Source of the DNA: an uncultured Planctomycetales bacterium
GTDB lineage: Bacteria; Omnitrophota; Gorgyraeia; Gygaellales; Profunditerraquicolaceae
Length of the DNA stretch: 57,492 bases
Reading direction: 5' to 3'
Assembly: GCA_964545575.1 (NCBI GenBank)
Contig: CAZJFL010000010.1
Coordinates: 1-57,492, forward strand
In this document: positions 28,406 to 38,696 of the stretch, piece by piece
How positions within the stretch are numbered: the first letter of the stretch is position 1
Layout: each line of letters starts with the position of its first letter
The notes under the pieces: generated by a model
Seen by the model: the letters and a program-made list of their open reading frames with translations, nothing else
The model's database searches: none
What the model was told of the DNA's origin: nothing
Program-made: the position numbers and the translations under genes

Positions 28406-30094
28406 TCACTTAAAGAAAATATCGGTTATTTCCAGGATCGCGCTCGCCTCACCATTCCAATCGTCCATCCGCGGGGTATAAATCAAGTCAAAAGAATCAG
28501 CGCCGGTTAAGCTGTCTTTTAGATTACTCATCCCAAAACCGATGGCCTGATAAGTCGCTTTGCCGTCCGTCACCCAGAACTTTAAAGTGCCTCTGCCTAA
28601 AATTTGCGGCTCGCCGCGCAGTTTTAGTGCCCGGCTGTAAAATAACGGCTCGGGGTTGCCTTCACCGAAAGGCTCTAATCTCTCCAGCTCCGCAATCATT
28701 TTTTCATCCAGATCCGATAAAGGCAATTCTATGTCTATCTGCAAGCTGGGAAGTAAATCTTCCAACATCAGCCTCTCCTCTGCCAGGCGGTTAATGGTCT
28801 TTTTAAACTCTGCTATATTATCCCTGGCAATCACCAGCCCCGCGGCATGCTGGTGCCCGCCGAAATTCTCCAGGTAATCCTTGCAATCTGAAAGCGCCTG
28901 AAAAAGGTGAAAGTTTTTGATCGAGCGGCCCGAACCCTTGCATAGATCTTCGGTCAGAGAAATCAAAATCGTCGGCCGGTAAAATCTATCCGCCAGCTTT
29001 GAAGCTACGATGCCGATTACTCCCTGATGCCAGTCCTCTTTGGCGATCACGATGACTTTATGTTCCTTAAAATTTACTTCGCTATTAATTAGATTTTCCG
29101 CCTCATTCATAATCCGCTCTTCTATCTTCTGGCGTTGACGGTTATGCGCCTCGATCTCTTTGGCTATTGACCTCGCCTCCGCTTCATCTTCGGTCAGTAA
29201 CAGCCTCAGGGATAAATCCGCATCGCTCATCCGGCCGCTGGCGTTCAGGCGCGGCCCGAGTATGAAACTCACAAAAGTCGGCGTGATTTTCTTATCTTTT
29301 ATGCCGCTTGATTCTATCAATGCCGCCAGCCCTACCCGCTTGGTACGAGTGATGCGCGGCAGCCCCTCTTTGGCAATAATGCGGTTTTCTCTCCTTAGGG
29401 GGACAACATCGGCAATCGTGCCCAAAGAAACCAGGTCCAGCTCATCGAATAATTTTTCTCCTGTAATCGCCTGGACAAACTTAAAAGCTACCCCCACACC
29501 CGCTAAATCCCGGTACTTATAGCCGCAACCTTCTACTTTCGGATTGATCAGAGCGGACGCCGATGTTTTATTATCTCTTGAAGGCTCATGATGATCAGTA
29601 ATGATGACTTCGATATTACGTTTACGCAGCTCTTTTATCTCTTCGTGGCTATTGGTGCCGCAGTCAACCGTAATCAGCAGCTTAATATTTTTGTTTCTGG
29701 CGATCTGCAGGATATCTTTATTTAAGCCGTAGCCCTCTTTAATGCGGTGCGGGATATGGTGGGCTGCTTTTATCCCGAGTTTTAGAAGCGCGGTTTTAAG
29801 GAGCGCTACGGAAGTAACCCCGTCTACATCGTAATCGCCGAAGATCATCACCGGCTCGCTTGCCTTAGCCGCTTTTTTCACTAACTCTACGGCTCTGGAC
29901 ATATCGGCAAAGGAATAGGGGTCTAAAAGATCTTTTAGCCCGGCATTTAAAAACTTTTCAGCTTCTTCCGGGCCAGATATGCCGCGGTTGGCTAGAATCT
30001 GGGAGAGGATTATAGAAATACCGAGTTCTTGACTTAAAGTATGCTGGAGGCGGAAATCAGAGGAAGCAATATTAAGAATTTTGTTGGCATGCAT
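28406..30094 (-). CDS. recJ: ssDNA-specific exonuclease RecJ
   Basis: GDYDVDG, TDHH, GTIADVVPL, GGHQHAAG. Confidence 0.96.
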   Translation of the reverse strand: MHANKILNIASSDFRLQHTLSQELGISIILSQILANRGISGPEEAEKFLNAGLKDLLDPYSFADMSRAVELVKKAAKASEPVMIFGDYDVDGVTSVALLKTALLKLGIKAAHHIPHRIKEGYGLNKDILQIARNKNIKLLITVDCGTNSHEEIKELRKRNIEVIITDHHEPSRDNKTSASALINPKVEGCGYKYRDLAGVGVAFKFVQAITGEKLFDELDLVSLGTIADVVPLRRENRIIAKEGLPRITRTKRVGLAALIESSGIKDKKITPTFVSFILGPRLNASGRMSDADLSLRLLLTEDEAEARSIAKEIEAHNRQRQKIEERIMNEAENLINSEVNFKEHKVIVIAKEDWHQGVIGIVASKLADRFYRPTILISLTEDLCKGSGRSIKNFHLFQALSDCKDYLENFGGHQHAAGLVIARDNIAEFKKTINRLAEERLMLEDLLPSLQIDIELPLSDLDEKMIAELERLEPFGEGNPEPLFYSRALKLRGEPQILGRGTLKFWVTDGKATYQAIGFGMSNLKDSLTGADSFDLIYTPRMDDWNGEASAILEITDIFFK

Positions 30095-31734
30095 TACATT
30101 TTCTCTGGAAGAGATATAGCCAGCAATCCCATTGCAGTAGCGATTACGGTTTTAGTAGCCAGCAAGAGCGCCAGGCGCGCCTGAGTCAGAGCTAAATCGT
30201 CTCCTAAGACGCGGTGCAGGTCATAAAATTTATGAAACCCTTGAGCTAATTCCTGCAAATACACGGTCAGCATATAAGGGTCTTCGGTTTCCAGGCAAAC
30301 CTCCAGAATATAGCTAAATTGCCAGATTTTGCGGATAAGTTCCGCCTCTTCTTTTTCTTTAAGCAGATAAAGAGGCGCATCTTTGATTTTAAATTTTACC
30401 GGGCTGTTGTTAATAATGCTCGTAATACGCGCGTGCGCATACTGCACGTAATAAACCGGATTTTCCGCAGTCTGTTTTTTAGCCGTATCCAGATCAAAAT
30501 CTAAGTGGCTGGAGGTACGCCGCATCAGGAAGAAAAACCTTGAGGCGTCCACGCCGACCTCGTCTAAGACTTCGCGCAGGGTGATGTATTGGCCGCGCCG
30601 GGTGGACATCTGCACGGGCTTACCTTCTCTGAATATGGAAGCCAGCTGCACGATAATAATCGATAAACTTTTAGGGTCGTGGCCCAGAGCCGCTACCGCA
30701 GCCTTCAGGCGATTAATGTAACCGTGATGATCAGGGCCCCACATATTAATCAACCATTGAAAGCCGCGTTTAAACTTATCCGCGTGATATGCAATATCAG
30801 GGGCTAGGTAGGTATAGCTTCCATCGCTTTTAATCACCACCCTGTCCTTATCATCGCCGAATAGTGTCGACTTAAACCAGAGCGCTCCCTCTTGCTCATA
30901 GAGGAAGCCTTTTTTCTTTAAGGCATCAAGGGTTTTGGTAATCTTTCCGCTCTCCCTTAATTTTTTCTGGCTGTACCAGTAATCGAATCTTACCCCGAAG
31001 TCAGCGAGCTCACCTTTTATGATATTCATGATATACTCTACGCCATATGCGCAAAAATCCGTTACTTTGATATTCTTTGCTTTGATTTCGCCGGCAATAT
31101 CAATAATGTAATCTCCCTGATAATGGTCTTCGGGAAACTCTACTCTTTCACCGTTAAGCTCTTTCAGCCTCAATTCTATGGAGCGGCCGAGAATATTAAT
31201 CTGGTTGCCTTCGTCATTCAAATAATATTCTTTCTTTACCTTAAACCTTAAAAAAGACAAAATATTGGCTAAAACATCCCCTACCGCTGCCTGACGCGCG
31301 TGAGCAACCGATAAGGGCCCGGTAGGATTGGCGCTGACAAACTCAAGCAGCACGGGTTTGCCTTTGCCAAGATTCACCTTTAAAGCAACAGAGCCTTGCC
31401 GCAGGATGTCTACAAGTCCGTCGCAGAAATAACTGTCACTTAAGTAAAAATTAATGAAACCGGCTCCTTCTACCTTGACTTCTTTGATGTAAGCCCTAAA
31501 CAACGCCTTCTCTAAGTGTTTCTTAATATTCGTAACGAGATTATCGGCGATCTGAAGGGGGGGGTTCTTTAAGGCGCTGGCTAACTTCATGGCGATGTTA
31601 ACGGATAGGTCTCCGAACCGGCTATCGGCGGGAATATCCAGGAATAAATCTCCGTAATCTTTCTCCTGCGCTCCAGAATCTCTGAGGGCGTTTTTAATAA
31701 CCGCAATGAGTAAACCCTGGATATTTTTTCTCAT
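30094..31734 (-). CDS. argS: Arginine--tRNA ligase
   Basis: EFVSANPTGPL, GPDHHGY, MSTRRG, YVQYAHAR. Confidence 0.96.
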   Translation of the reverse strand: MRKNIQGLLIAVIKNALRDSGAQEKDYGDLFLDIPADSRFGDLSVNIAMKLASALKNPPLQIADNLVTNIKKHLEKALFRAYIKEVKVEGAGFINFYLSDSYFCDGLVDILRQGSVALKVNLGKGKPVLLEFVSANPTGPLSVAHARQAAVGDVLANILSFLRFKVKKEYYLNDEGNQINILGRSIELRLKELNGERVEFPEDHYQGDYIIDIAGEIKAKNIKVTDFCAYGVEYIMNIIKGELADFGVRFDYWYSQKKLRESGKITKTLDALKKKGFLYEQEGALWFKSTLFGDDKDRVVIKSDGSYTYLAPDIAYHADKFKRGFQWLINMWGPDHHGYINRLKAAVAALGHDPKSLSIIIVQLASIFREGKPVQMSTRRGQYITLREVLDEVGVDASRFFFLMRRTSSHLDFDLDTAKKQTAENPVYYVQYAHARITSIINNSPVKFKIKDAPLYLLKEKEEAELIRKIWQFSYILEVCLETEDPYMLTVYLQELAQGFHKFYDLHRVLGDDLALTQARLALLLATKTVIATAMGLLAISLPEKM

Positions 31735-31780
31735 TTTAAGCAAAAGACAGGCTTTCTTTAAGAATTGCAGGCAGGAAAAA

Positions 31781-32143
31781 TTACTTTGTTGCTTTCTTTT
31801 TCGGTATCCGTACGCACTTGGCGTCAGACCAGAGGCGCTCTAAAGAATAAAACTCCCGCACCGGCTTATAAAAAAGGTGGGTGATGACACTGGAATAATC
31901 CAGCACCACCCACCCTGATTCATCGTTGGGATTGGCTCCAGATAAAGGTTTGATCCTATCTTTGACTAAATCTTCTTCTATTGCCTCTGCGACGGAGTTT
32001 ACCTGACGCATGGAGGTGCCGCTGGCGATAACAAAATAATCGCAGAAATCCGCGACCTTGCGGATGTCGAGGATTATCAAATCTTCTGCTTTTTTAGATT
32101 TAGCAACCGCTGCAACGCGTAGCGCTATTTGTTTCGGATCTAT
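31781..32143 (-). CDS. rsfS: Ribosome silencing factor, probable ATA start
   Basis: DYFVIASG, WVVLDY, REFYSLERLW; frame open upstream to ATA after AGGAGG. Confidence 0.9.
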   Translation of the reverse strand: MDPKQIALRVAAVAKSKKAEDLIILDIRKVADFCDYFVIASGTSMRQVNSVAEAIEEDLVKDRIKPLSGANPNDESGWVVLDYSSVITHLFYKPVREFYSLERLWSDAKCVRIPKKKATK

Positions 32144-32169
32144 TGGGACCTCGCCTCCTAAAAATACGA

Positions 32170-32319
32170 TTATTTCTTACCTAAAATCCTATACATGCCG
32201 GTTCCGCAGTCAGGGCATTTGCCTTTTACTGCCAACCTTCCATTCTTCATCGTAACCTTCTGCTCATCCTTGATGGTTTTTTTCGCTTTGCATTTGACGC
32301 AATATCCGGTTTCTGCCAT
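32170..32319 (-). CDS. Small Zn-ribbon protein (DUF5679-like), absent from ORF track
   Basis: MAETGYCVKCKAKKTIKDEQKVTMKNGRLAVKGKCPDCGTGMYRILGKK; RBS GAGGAG. Confidence 0.85.
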   Translation of the reverse strand: MAETGYCVKCKAKKTIKDEQKVTMKNGRLAVKGKCPDCGTGMYRILGKK

Positions 32320-32333
32320 TTCTACTCCTCCTC

Positions 32334-32446
32334 AAATGAGCGCATAACTTACGAATCCGCCGTAGGCGGATGAGTAAGTTATCTGCGCGAATTTACTCAA
32401 CCCTAATTTTCTGTTAAACGCTTTAGCTTGAAAAATTAGGGTTGAG
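32334..32446. repeat. Two REP-like hairpins
   Basis: AAATGAGCGCATAACTTAC..ATCCGCCGTAGGCGGAT..GTAAGTTATCTGCGCGAATTT; CTCAACCCTAATTTT/AAAATTAGGGTTGAG. Confidence 0.7.
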
Positions 32447-32526
32447 CTAACTTCAATTATATAAATTTTGATTTCGTTTATACTAACACAAATTAATTTA
32501 TCTGTCAAAGAATTTTCTGATTTTAT

Positions 32527-33264
32527 TTAATATTTTACTTTTAATAAAGTCAAACCGCGCGCGGGAACGTTCGGGCCGGAGAGTTCTCTGCTTTTAGAAC
32601 ATATAATCTTTGCCATGCTTCCTGCGGAGAACCTCCCCCGCCCTATCTCGATTAAAGTTCCAACGATATTTCTGACCATATTGTAGAGAAAGCCGTCGGC
32701 TTCTATATCTATAGCGATTAAACCGCTCTTTTTCTTAATCGCTATTTTCTTAATGGTGCGCATCGTATCTTTAGCGCTGCTTGCGCTGGCACAAAAAGCC
32801 TTAAAATCATGTTTACCCAAAAGCGCCCTGGCTTCTTTACGCATCAACCCTAAATCCAAAGGATAGGGGTAAAAAAAAGCGCTGTTCTTTAAAAAAGCTG
32901 ACCTGTATGGCCGATTTAAAATCGTATAGCGATAGATTTTTGACTTTGCAGTAAATCTGCTGTGAAAATCTGACCCTGCCTCTTCTATTTTAATCACTGA
33001 TAAGTCTTCGGGTAACAGGCCGTTTAGTGCCCGCTGCAATTTCTCTCTAGAAATCTGGGAATCGGTTTTGAAATTGGCTATCTGCGCTGCGGCATGCACC
33101 CCGGCATCAGTGCGGCCCGAAGCGATAAGCTTAATATCTTCCCGGATAATCTTACGCAGAACTTTTTCTATGGTTTCCTGTATGGTGGGAAATTTTGATT
33201 TTTGGGCTTGCCAGCCGGCATAACGCGTACCGTCGTATTCGAGGGTTATTTTAAAATTACGCAT
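32527..33264 (-). CDS. truA: tRNA pseudouridine(38-40) synthase
   Basis: YDGT, GRTDAGVHA, FLYNMVR. Confidence 0.96.
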   Translation of the reverse strand: MRNFKITLEYDGTRYAGWQAQKSKFPTIQETIEKVLRKIIREDIKLIASGRTDAGVHAAAQIANFKTDSQISREKLQRALNGLLPEDLSVIKIEEAGSDFHSRFTAKSKIYRYTILNRPYRSAFLKNSAFFYPYPLDLGLMRKEARALLGKHDFKAFCASASSAKDTMRTIKKIAIKKKSGLIAIDIEADGFLYNMVRNIVGTLIEIGRGRFSAGSMAKIICSKSRELSGPNVPARGLTLLKVKY

Positions 33265-34265
33265 TCGGCGATCTGCACAGCATTGGTAGCAGCACCTTTG
33301 CGCAGATTGTCTGCTACTACCCAAAACCATAAGCCGTTTTTAACGAAAGGATCCTTGCGGATACGCCCCACAAAAGTCTCATCTTTGCCCTCTACGTCTT
33401 TGGGCATAGGATAAAGATTTTTCCTGGGGTCGTCAATAACGATAATCCCCGGCGCTTTAGAGAGTATTTCTTTTGCTTTTTCTGGAGTAATTAGTTTTAC
33501 AGTCTCAATATATACTGATTCAGAGTGGCCGGTCCTCACCGGGACCCTGACCGTAGTGGCAGAAATCTTAATTTTGTTATCGTGCATGATTTTGTGGATC
33601 TCTTTTACCAGCTTCCACTCTTCATTAGTATAATCATAATCGGTGAAACTGCCGATGTGCGGGAATACATTATAAGCAAGTTGTTGCGGTAAATATCTAT
33701 TTTCCAAATCTACATGAAGATTATTATATCCGGCCGAAGCGATACGGGCATTCTCTTCTCTTAATTGCTCAACTGCTGCTCTTCCGGCACCTGAAGATGC
33801 CTGTAAAGTAGTGACAATAATTCTTTTGATGCCGGCTTTTTTATAAATCGGCCAGAGCGCCACTACCATCTGGATGGTCGAGCAATTCGGATTAGCGATA
33901 ATCCCTTTATGAATTTTGACATCGCTGGCGTTTACTTCCGGAACTACTAAAGGCACTTTGAGGTCCATGCGGAAATCCGCGCCATTATCAATCACTACCG
34001 CGCCTCTTTTTACCGCTTCAGCAGCATAAGTAACTGCGGCACCCTTCTCCCCTTCAGTCCCGGCAAATAAGGCAATATCGATGCCATTAAATCCATCCGG
34101 AGTAATTGCCTCTACAGCATAATTCCGGCCGTCTACTTCTATATTCCGAGCGGAACGGGCGAATACGCGCAATCCTCCCACCGGAAAATTCCGCTGCTTT
34201 AACACTCGCAGCATCTCAATTCCTACCGCCCCTACGCCTATCACTGCCACATTATATTTTTTCAT
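33246..34265 (-). CDS. asd: Aspartate-semialdehyde dehydrogenase
   Basis: IANPNCST, DNLRKGAATNAVQI. Confidence 0.96.
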   Translation of the reverse strand: MKKYNVAVIGVGAVGIEMLRVLKQRNFPVGGLRVFARSARNIEVDGRNYAVEAITPDGFNGIDIALFAGTEGEKGAAVTYAAEAVKRGAVVIDNGADFRMDLKVPLVVPEVNASDVKIHKGIIANPNCSTIQMVVALWPIYKKAGIKRIIVTTLQASSGAGRAAVEQLREENARIASAGYNNLHVDLENRYLPQQLAYNVFPHIGSFTDYDYTNEEWKLVKEIHKIMHDNKIKISATTVRVPVRTGHSESVYIETVKLITPEKAKEILSKAPGIIVIDDPRKNLYPMPKDVEGKDETFVGRIRKDPFVKNGLWFWVVADNLRKGAATNAVQIAECVILK

Positions 34266-35311
34266 AGATTCTCCACCACTAAATCTCCAACCTCGGTTGT
34301 AGAATATCCCATCTTTCCCGCTGCCAGAGACTTTAATTTTGTGCTGACTACTTTTATCACCGCATCCTCAATGGCTTTGCCTGCTTTTTCCTCGCCTAAA
34401 GTTTCCAGCATCATCCCTACGGCGCAAATCGCAGCCAGAGGATTGATTACATTTTTGCCGGTATATTTAGGAGCGCTTCCGCCGATAGGCTCAAACATAG
34501 AGACACCTTGCGGATTAATATTGCCGCCGGCAGCAATGCCCATGCCGCCCTGAATCATTGCACCCAAGTCGGTAATGATATCGCCGAACATATTATCGGT
34601 GACGATCACATCAAACCACTCCGGATTCTTTACAAACCACATCGTGGTAGCATCCACATGCGCATAGTCAGTTTTAATATCCGGGTATTCTTTGGCCACT
34701 TCGTTAAACGTCCTCTGCCAGAGATCCCAGGCATAAGTTAAAACATTGGTCTTGCCGCAAAGGGTCAACTTTTTACCTTTATTGCGCTTGCGGCAGTATT
34801 CAAAGGCATAACGAATGCAGCGTTCTACACCTTTGCGCGTATTATAGGAAATCTGAATCGCGACCTCATCCTGAGTGCCTTTATTTTGGAATTCGCCCAT
34901 GCCTTTATATAGTCCTTCGGAATTCTCACGCACTACTACGAAATCTATATCTTGCGCCTTTTTATCCTTCAAAGGACAGAATTCCGGATTATAAAGTTTT
35001 ACCGGACGAAGATTTATATACTGATCCAAGGCAAACCTTAATTTTAAAAGCACGCCTGTTTCCATGATCCCGGGTTTAACATCAGGATGGCCGACAGCCC
35101 CCAGGTATATCGCAGAATATTCTTTTAGCTCTTCGACATCTTTCTCTTCTACAAGCTTACCAGTTTTTAAGTACCTCTCTCCGCTGAAATCAAAAATCTT
35201 CGTCTCATAGGCAAACTTATATTTTTTTCCGGCTGCTTCCAGAACTTTTAAGCCCTCAACCACCACTTCCGGGCCTGTGCCGTCTCCGGGAATAACTGCT
35301 ATTTTGTACAT
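34262..35311 (-). CDS. leuB: 3-isopropylmalate dehydrogenase
   Basis: [29 protein letters not shown]; next to leuCD. Confidence 0.9.
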   Translation of the reverse strand: MYKIAVIPGDGTGPEVVVEGLKVLEAAGKKYKFAYETKIFDFSGERYLKTGKLVEEKDVEELKEYSAIYLGAVGHPDVKPGIMETGVLLKLRFALDQYINLRPVKLYNPEFCPLKDKKAQDIDFVVVRENSEGLYKGMGEFQNKGTQDEVAIQISYNTRKGVERCIRYAFEYCRKRNKGKKLTLCGKTNVLTYAWDLWQRTFNEVAKEYPDIKTDYAHVDATTMWFVKNPEWFDVIVTDNMFGDIITDLGAMIQGGMGIAAGGNINPQGVSMFEPIGGSAPKYTGKNVINPLAAICAVGMMLETLGEEKAGKAIEDAVIKVVSTKLKSLAAGKMGYSTTEVGDLVVENL

Positions 35312-35787
35312 TTCTTCACCCAATTGATTAATCCTCCCTCTGTAACAATCTCCTGTAAAAACTTAGGGAAGGGCTCTGTTTTATAATTTTCTTTTTTAGT
35401 CAGGTTTTTAATTATACCGCTGGCTAAATCTATTTCAAGCTCATCTGCCGCATTTATTTTATTGACCTCGCCAAGCTCGAGGAATGGCAGCCCGATATTG
35501 ATGGCGTTACGGAAGAATATTCCGGAAAAACTTTTCGCCAGAACCGCCGAAACCCCGCAACCCTTGATTGCGAGAGGCGCATGCTCACGCGATGAACCGC
35601 AGCCGAAGTTCTTGCCACCTACGATAATGTCGCCTTTGTTGACCTTCTCTAAAAAATCGGGAGCGATATTCTCCATGCAGTGCTTACCTAACTCAAAGGC
35701 ATCCGTGCCTACCAGGTATTTTGCCGCGATAATATCATCGGTGTTGACATCGTTTCCGAATTTATGGACCTTGCCTTTGATGATCAT
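35299..35787 (-). CDS. leuD: 3-isopropylmalate dehydratase small subunit
   Basis: NTDDII, NFGCGSSREHA. Confidence 0.93.
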   Translation of the reverse strand: MIIKGKVHKFGNDVNTDDIIAAKYLVGTDAFELGKHCMENIAPDFLEKVNKGDIIVGGKNFGCGSSREHAPLAIKGCGVSAVLAKSFSGIFFRNAINIGLPFLELGEVNKINAADELEIDLASGIIKNLTKKENYKTEPFPKFLQEIVTEGGLINWVKKCTK

Positions 35788-37040
35788 ATTTTTCCTGGGT
35801 GCGTTATCCTTCCCGTAATCGCCGATGCCGCTGCTACTGCCGGGCTAGACAGATAAACAAATGACTTGGGGCTGCCCATCCTACCGATAAAATTCCTGTT
35901 TGTCGTTGCCAGACAGACTTCCTCTTCGGCAAGTATCCCCATATGCCCGCCCAGGCACGGCCCGCAGGTAGGCGTAGAAAATACCCCGCCTGCCTTGACG
36001 AAAATCTCCGCTAATCCTTCCTTTACCGCTTCCAGATAAATCTTCTGAGTTGCCGGAATCACGATCAGTCGTAGGCCTGCTTTTATTTTTTTACCTTTCA
36101 ATATCTTTGCCGCGATGCGCAAATCCGAAATCCTGCCGTTAGTGCAGGAACCTATAACTACCTGGTCGACCTTGATACCCTTTAATTTCCCTACTGGTTT
36201 TACGTTACTAGGCAGATGAGGACAAGCCACCTGCGGCTCTAACTTCGAAATATCCCATTGGTAAACCTTTTCATAATGCGCATCCGGGTCAGATTGATAA
36301 AATTTAGCCTTGCGCTTAAATTGCGCGATATATTTTTTAGTAATTACGTCTGCAGCAATTAACCCGGCGCGCGCGCCGGCTTCAATCGCCATATTACTCA
36401 TCGCAAATCTATCGTCCATACCTAATTTTTTGATCGCCGGGCCGGTAAACTCCATCGCCTTGTATAACGCCCCGTCTACCCCGATTTGGCCAATAGTAAA
36501 CAGAATCAGATCTTTCCCGCCGACCCATTTTTTTAATTTACCTTTGTATATAAATTTGACGCTTGCCGGTACCTTAAACCAGCATTTTCCGTCAATAAAA
36601 GAACGCGCCAGGTCCGTGGAGCCCACTCCGGTAGCATAAGCACCCATTGCCCCGTAGGTACAGGTGTGCGAATCGGCCCCGATCACTAAATCTCCCGGAA
36701 GAACCAGCCCTTTTTCCGGCAATAGCACATGTTCTATACCCATGCATCCGACTTCAAAATAATTTTTTATCTTAAATTCTTTTGAGAAATCAGCTAAGCC
36801 CTTACACTGATTGGCACTTTTTAAATCCTTTGCCGGAGCAAAATGGTCAGGAACCAGTACTATTCTCTTTTTGTCAAAAACACGCCTGTATCCTGCCTTT
36901 TTAAATTCCTGTATGGCAATGGGGGCGGTAATATCATTACCCAGAGCTAAATCTACCCGCGCCTCGATAAATTCACCAGTATGGATATCCTTCCTGGCGC
37001 AATGGGACATCAATATTTTTTCAGCGATTGTGTAAGGCAT
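35784..37040 (-). CDS. leuC: 3-isopropylmalate dehydratase large subunit
   Basis: GADSHT, GSCTNGR, CGPCLG, TTNRNF. Confidence 0.93.
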   Translation of the reverse strand: MPYTIAEKILMSHCARKDIHTGEFIEARVDLALGNDITAPIAIQEFKKAGYRRVFDKKRIVLVPDHFAPAKDLKSANQCKGLADFSKEFKIKNYFEVGCMGIEHVLLPEKGLVLPGDLVIGADSHTCTYGAMGAYATGVGSTDLARSFIDGKCWFKVPASVKFIYKGKLKKWVGGKDLILFTIGQIGVDGALYKAMEFTGPAIKKLGMDDRFAMSNMAIEAGARAGLIAADVITKKYIAQFKRKAKFYQSDPDAHYEKVYQWDISKLEPQVACPHLPSNVKPVGKLKGIKVDQVVIGSCTNGRISDLRIAAKILKGKKIKAGLRLIVIPATQKIYLEAVKEGLAEIFVKAGGVFSTPTCGPCLGGHMGILAEEEVCLATTNRNFIGRMGSPKSFVYLSSPAVAAASAITGRITHPGKI

Positions 37041-37044
37041 GTGT

Positions 37045-38289
37045 TTACTTGAATTTCTTAACTGCGAGGGTGGCGTTGTGGCCACCAAACCCTAAGGAAT
37101 TGGAAAGGCAAATATCGACTTTGGCGTTGCGGGCATTATTCGGCACGTAATCCAAGTCGCAGTCAGGATCCGGATATTCGTAATTTATGGTGGGCGGTAT
37201 CACCTGGTCTTTTATCGCCAGAACACAAGCCACAAATTCTACTCCCCCGGCTGCTCCCAGGAGATGGCCGGTCATGGACTTAGTGGATGAAACCATCACC
37301 TTTTTGGCATGATTTCCTAAAGCCAGCTTTATCGCCAATGTCTCCACCTTATCATTGAGTTTAGTGGAGGTGCCGTGGGCATTGATATAATCCACCTCTT
37401 CGGGATTAATCCCGGCATCACGCATCGCCTCCCGCATCGCCCTGGCAGCGCCTTCCCCGTCGGGATCGGGGGCTGTAATATGGTAAGCATCGCAGGACAT
37501 GCCGTAACCCGAAAATTCAGCATAAATACGGGCGTTTCTTTTCCGGGCGTGCTCCAAAGATTCCAAGACCACCAGCCCGCATCCTTCCCCCATAATAAAG
37601 CCGTCGCGCTCTGCGTCAAAGGGGCGGCTGGCCTTTTCCGGCTCATGGTTTCTGGTAGAGAGCGCCTTCATCGCGCAGAATCCGCCGAAGCCCGTAGGAA
37701 CAATGCAGCTTTCTGCCCCGCCGCAAACCATCACCTCGGCATTCCCGTGCTGGATAATCCGGGCAGCATCCCCGATGGCGTGCGTTCCGGAAGCGCAGGC
37801 CGTAGCCACGCAGGAATTAGGCCCTTTTAGCCTGAAGTTTATCGCCACGTGCCCGGCTGCTTCGTTTACGATCAACATCGGGATTAAGAATGGAGACAGG
37901 CGAGACGGGCCCTTGCTCAAATAAATCTTAGTCTGTTCCTGTATAGTATATAATCCGCCGATGCCGGAACCGATCAATACTCCGATCCGCGTCTTATCTT
38001 CTTTATCCAGAATTAATCCGGCGTCGCTGATCGCCTGAGTCGAGGCGGCAATGGAATACTGCACAAACTTCTCCAGCCGTCTGATCTCCTTGGCGGGTAT
38101 TTTATACAGATGCGGGTCAAAACCCTTGACCTCGGCAGCAATCTGCGAATCAAAGTTCGCCGGGTCAAATGAAGTAAGCGGACCGACCCCGCCTTTGCCG
38201 GCTTTTAAAGCCCCCCAGAAAGAAAGCACATCATTGCCAACCGGCGAAATTATACCTAATCCTGTAACTACTACTCTCTGCTCTATCAT
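37045..38289 (-). CDS. fabF: Beta-ketoacyl-ACP synthase II
   Basis: TACASG, NAHGTST, GHLLGAAG, FGFGG-like end. Confidence 0.96.
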   Translation of the reverse strand: MIEQRVVVTGLGIISPVGNDVLSFWGALKAGKGGVGPLTSFDPANFDSQIAAEVKGFDPHLYKIPAKEIRRLEKFVQYSIAASTQAISDAGLILDKEDKTRIGVLIGSGIGGLYTIQEQTKIYLSKGPSRLSPFLIPMLIVNEAAGHVAINFRLKGPNSCVATACASGTHAIGDAARIIQHGNAEVMVCGGAESCIVPTGFGGFCAMKALSTRNHEPEKASRPFDAERDGFIMGEGCGLVVLESLEHARKRNARIYAEFSGYGMSCDAYHITAPDPDGEGAARAMREAMRDAGINPEEVDYINAHGTSTKLNDKVETLAIKLALGNHAKKVMVSSTKSMTGHLLGAAGGVEFVACVLAIKDQVIPPTINYEYPDPDCDLDYVPNNARNAKVDICLSNSLGFGGHNATLAVKKFK

Positions 38290-38304
38290 AAGTTATGCAT
38301 TAAC

Positions 38305-38336
38305 AAATACCCCGCCTGGTATTTTGGCGGGGTATC
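38305..38336 (-). terminator. Stem-loop after acpP
   Basis: ATACCCCGCC...GGCGGGGTAT. Confidence 0.5.
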
Positions 38337-38363
38337 TTAATTGCATCTTTCTATATTAAAAAG

Positions 38364-38603
38364 TTACTTATTACCAGATTTTTCCTCGATATATTTAATC
38401 GCATCGCCTACCGTGGCGATTTTTTCCGCATCCTCATCGGGTATCTCGATGCCGAACTCTTCCTCCAAAGCCATCACCAGCTCTACGGTATCCAGGGAAT
38501 CCGCACCCAAGTCATCAACAAATGATGCCTCAGGAGTGACCTCTTCCGGCTTTACCCCCAGCTGCTCCGCTATTATAGACTTAACCTTCTCCTGTACTGC
38601 CAT
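38364..38603 (-). CDS. acpP: Acyl carrier protein
   Basis: [14 protein letters not shown]. Confidence 0.98.
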   Translation of the reverse strand: MAVQEKVKSIIAEQLGVKPEEVTPEASFVDDLGADSLDTVELVMALEEEFGIEIPDEDAEKIATVGDAIKYIEEKSGNK

Positions 38604-38696
38604 GCTGTTTCCTCCTTAATTTGCCCGCCTATCGCGGGTCAGCAAATTACTCCCGAACATTACTCTATTACTTGCAAATCCAAGGGAGTTTACTTA

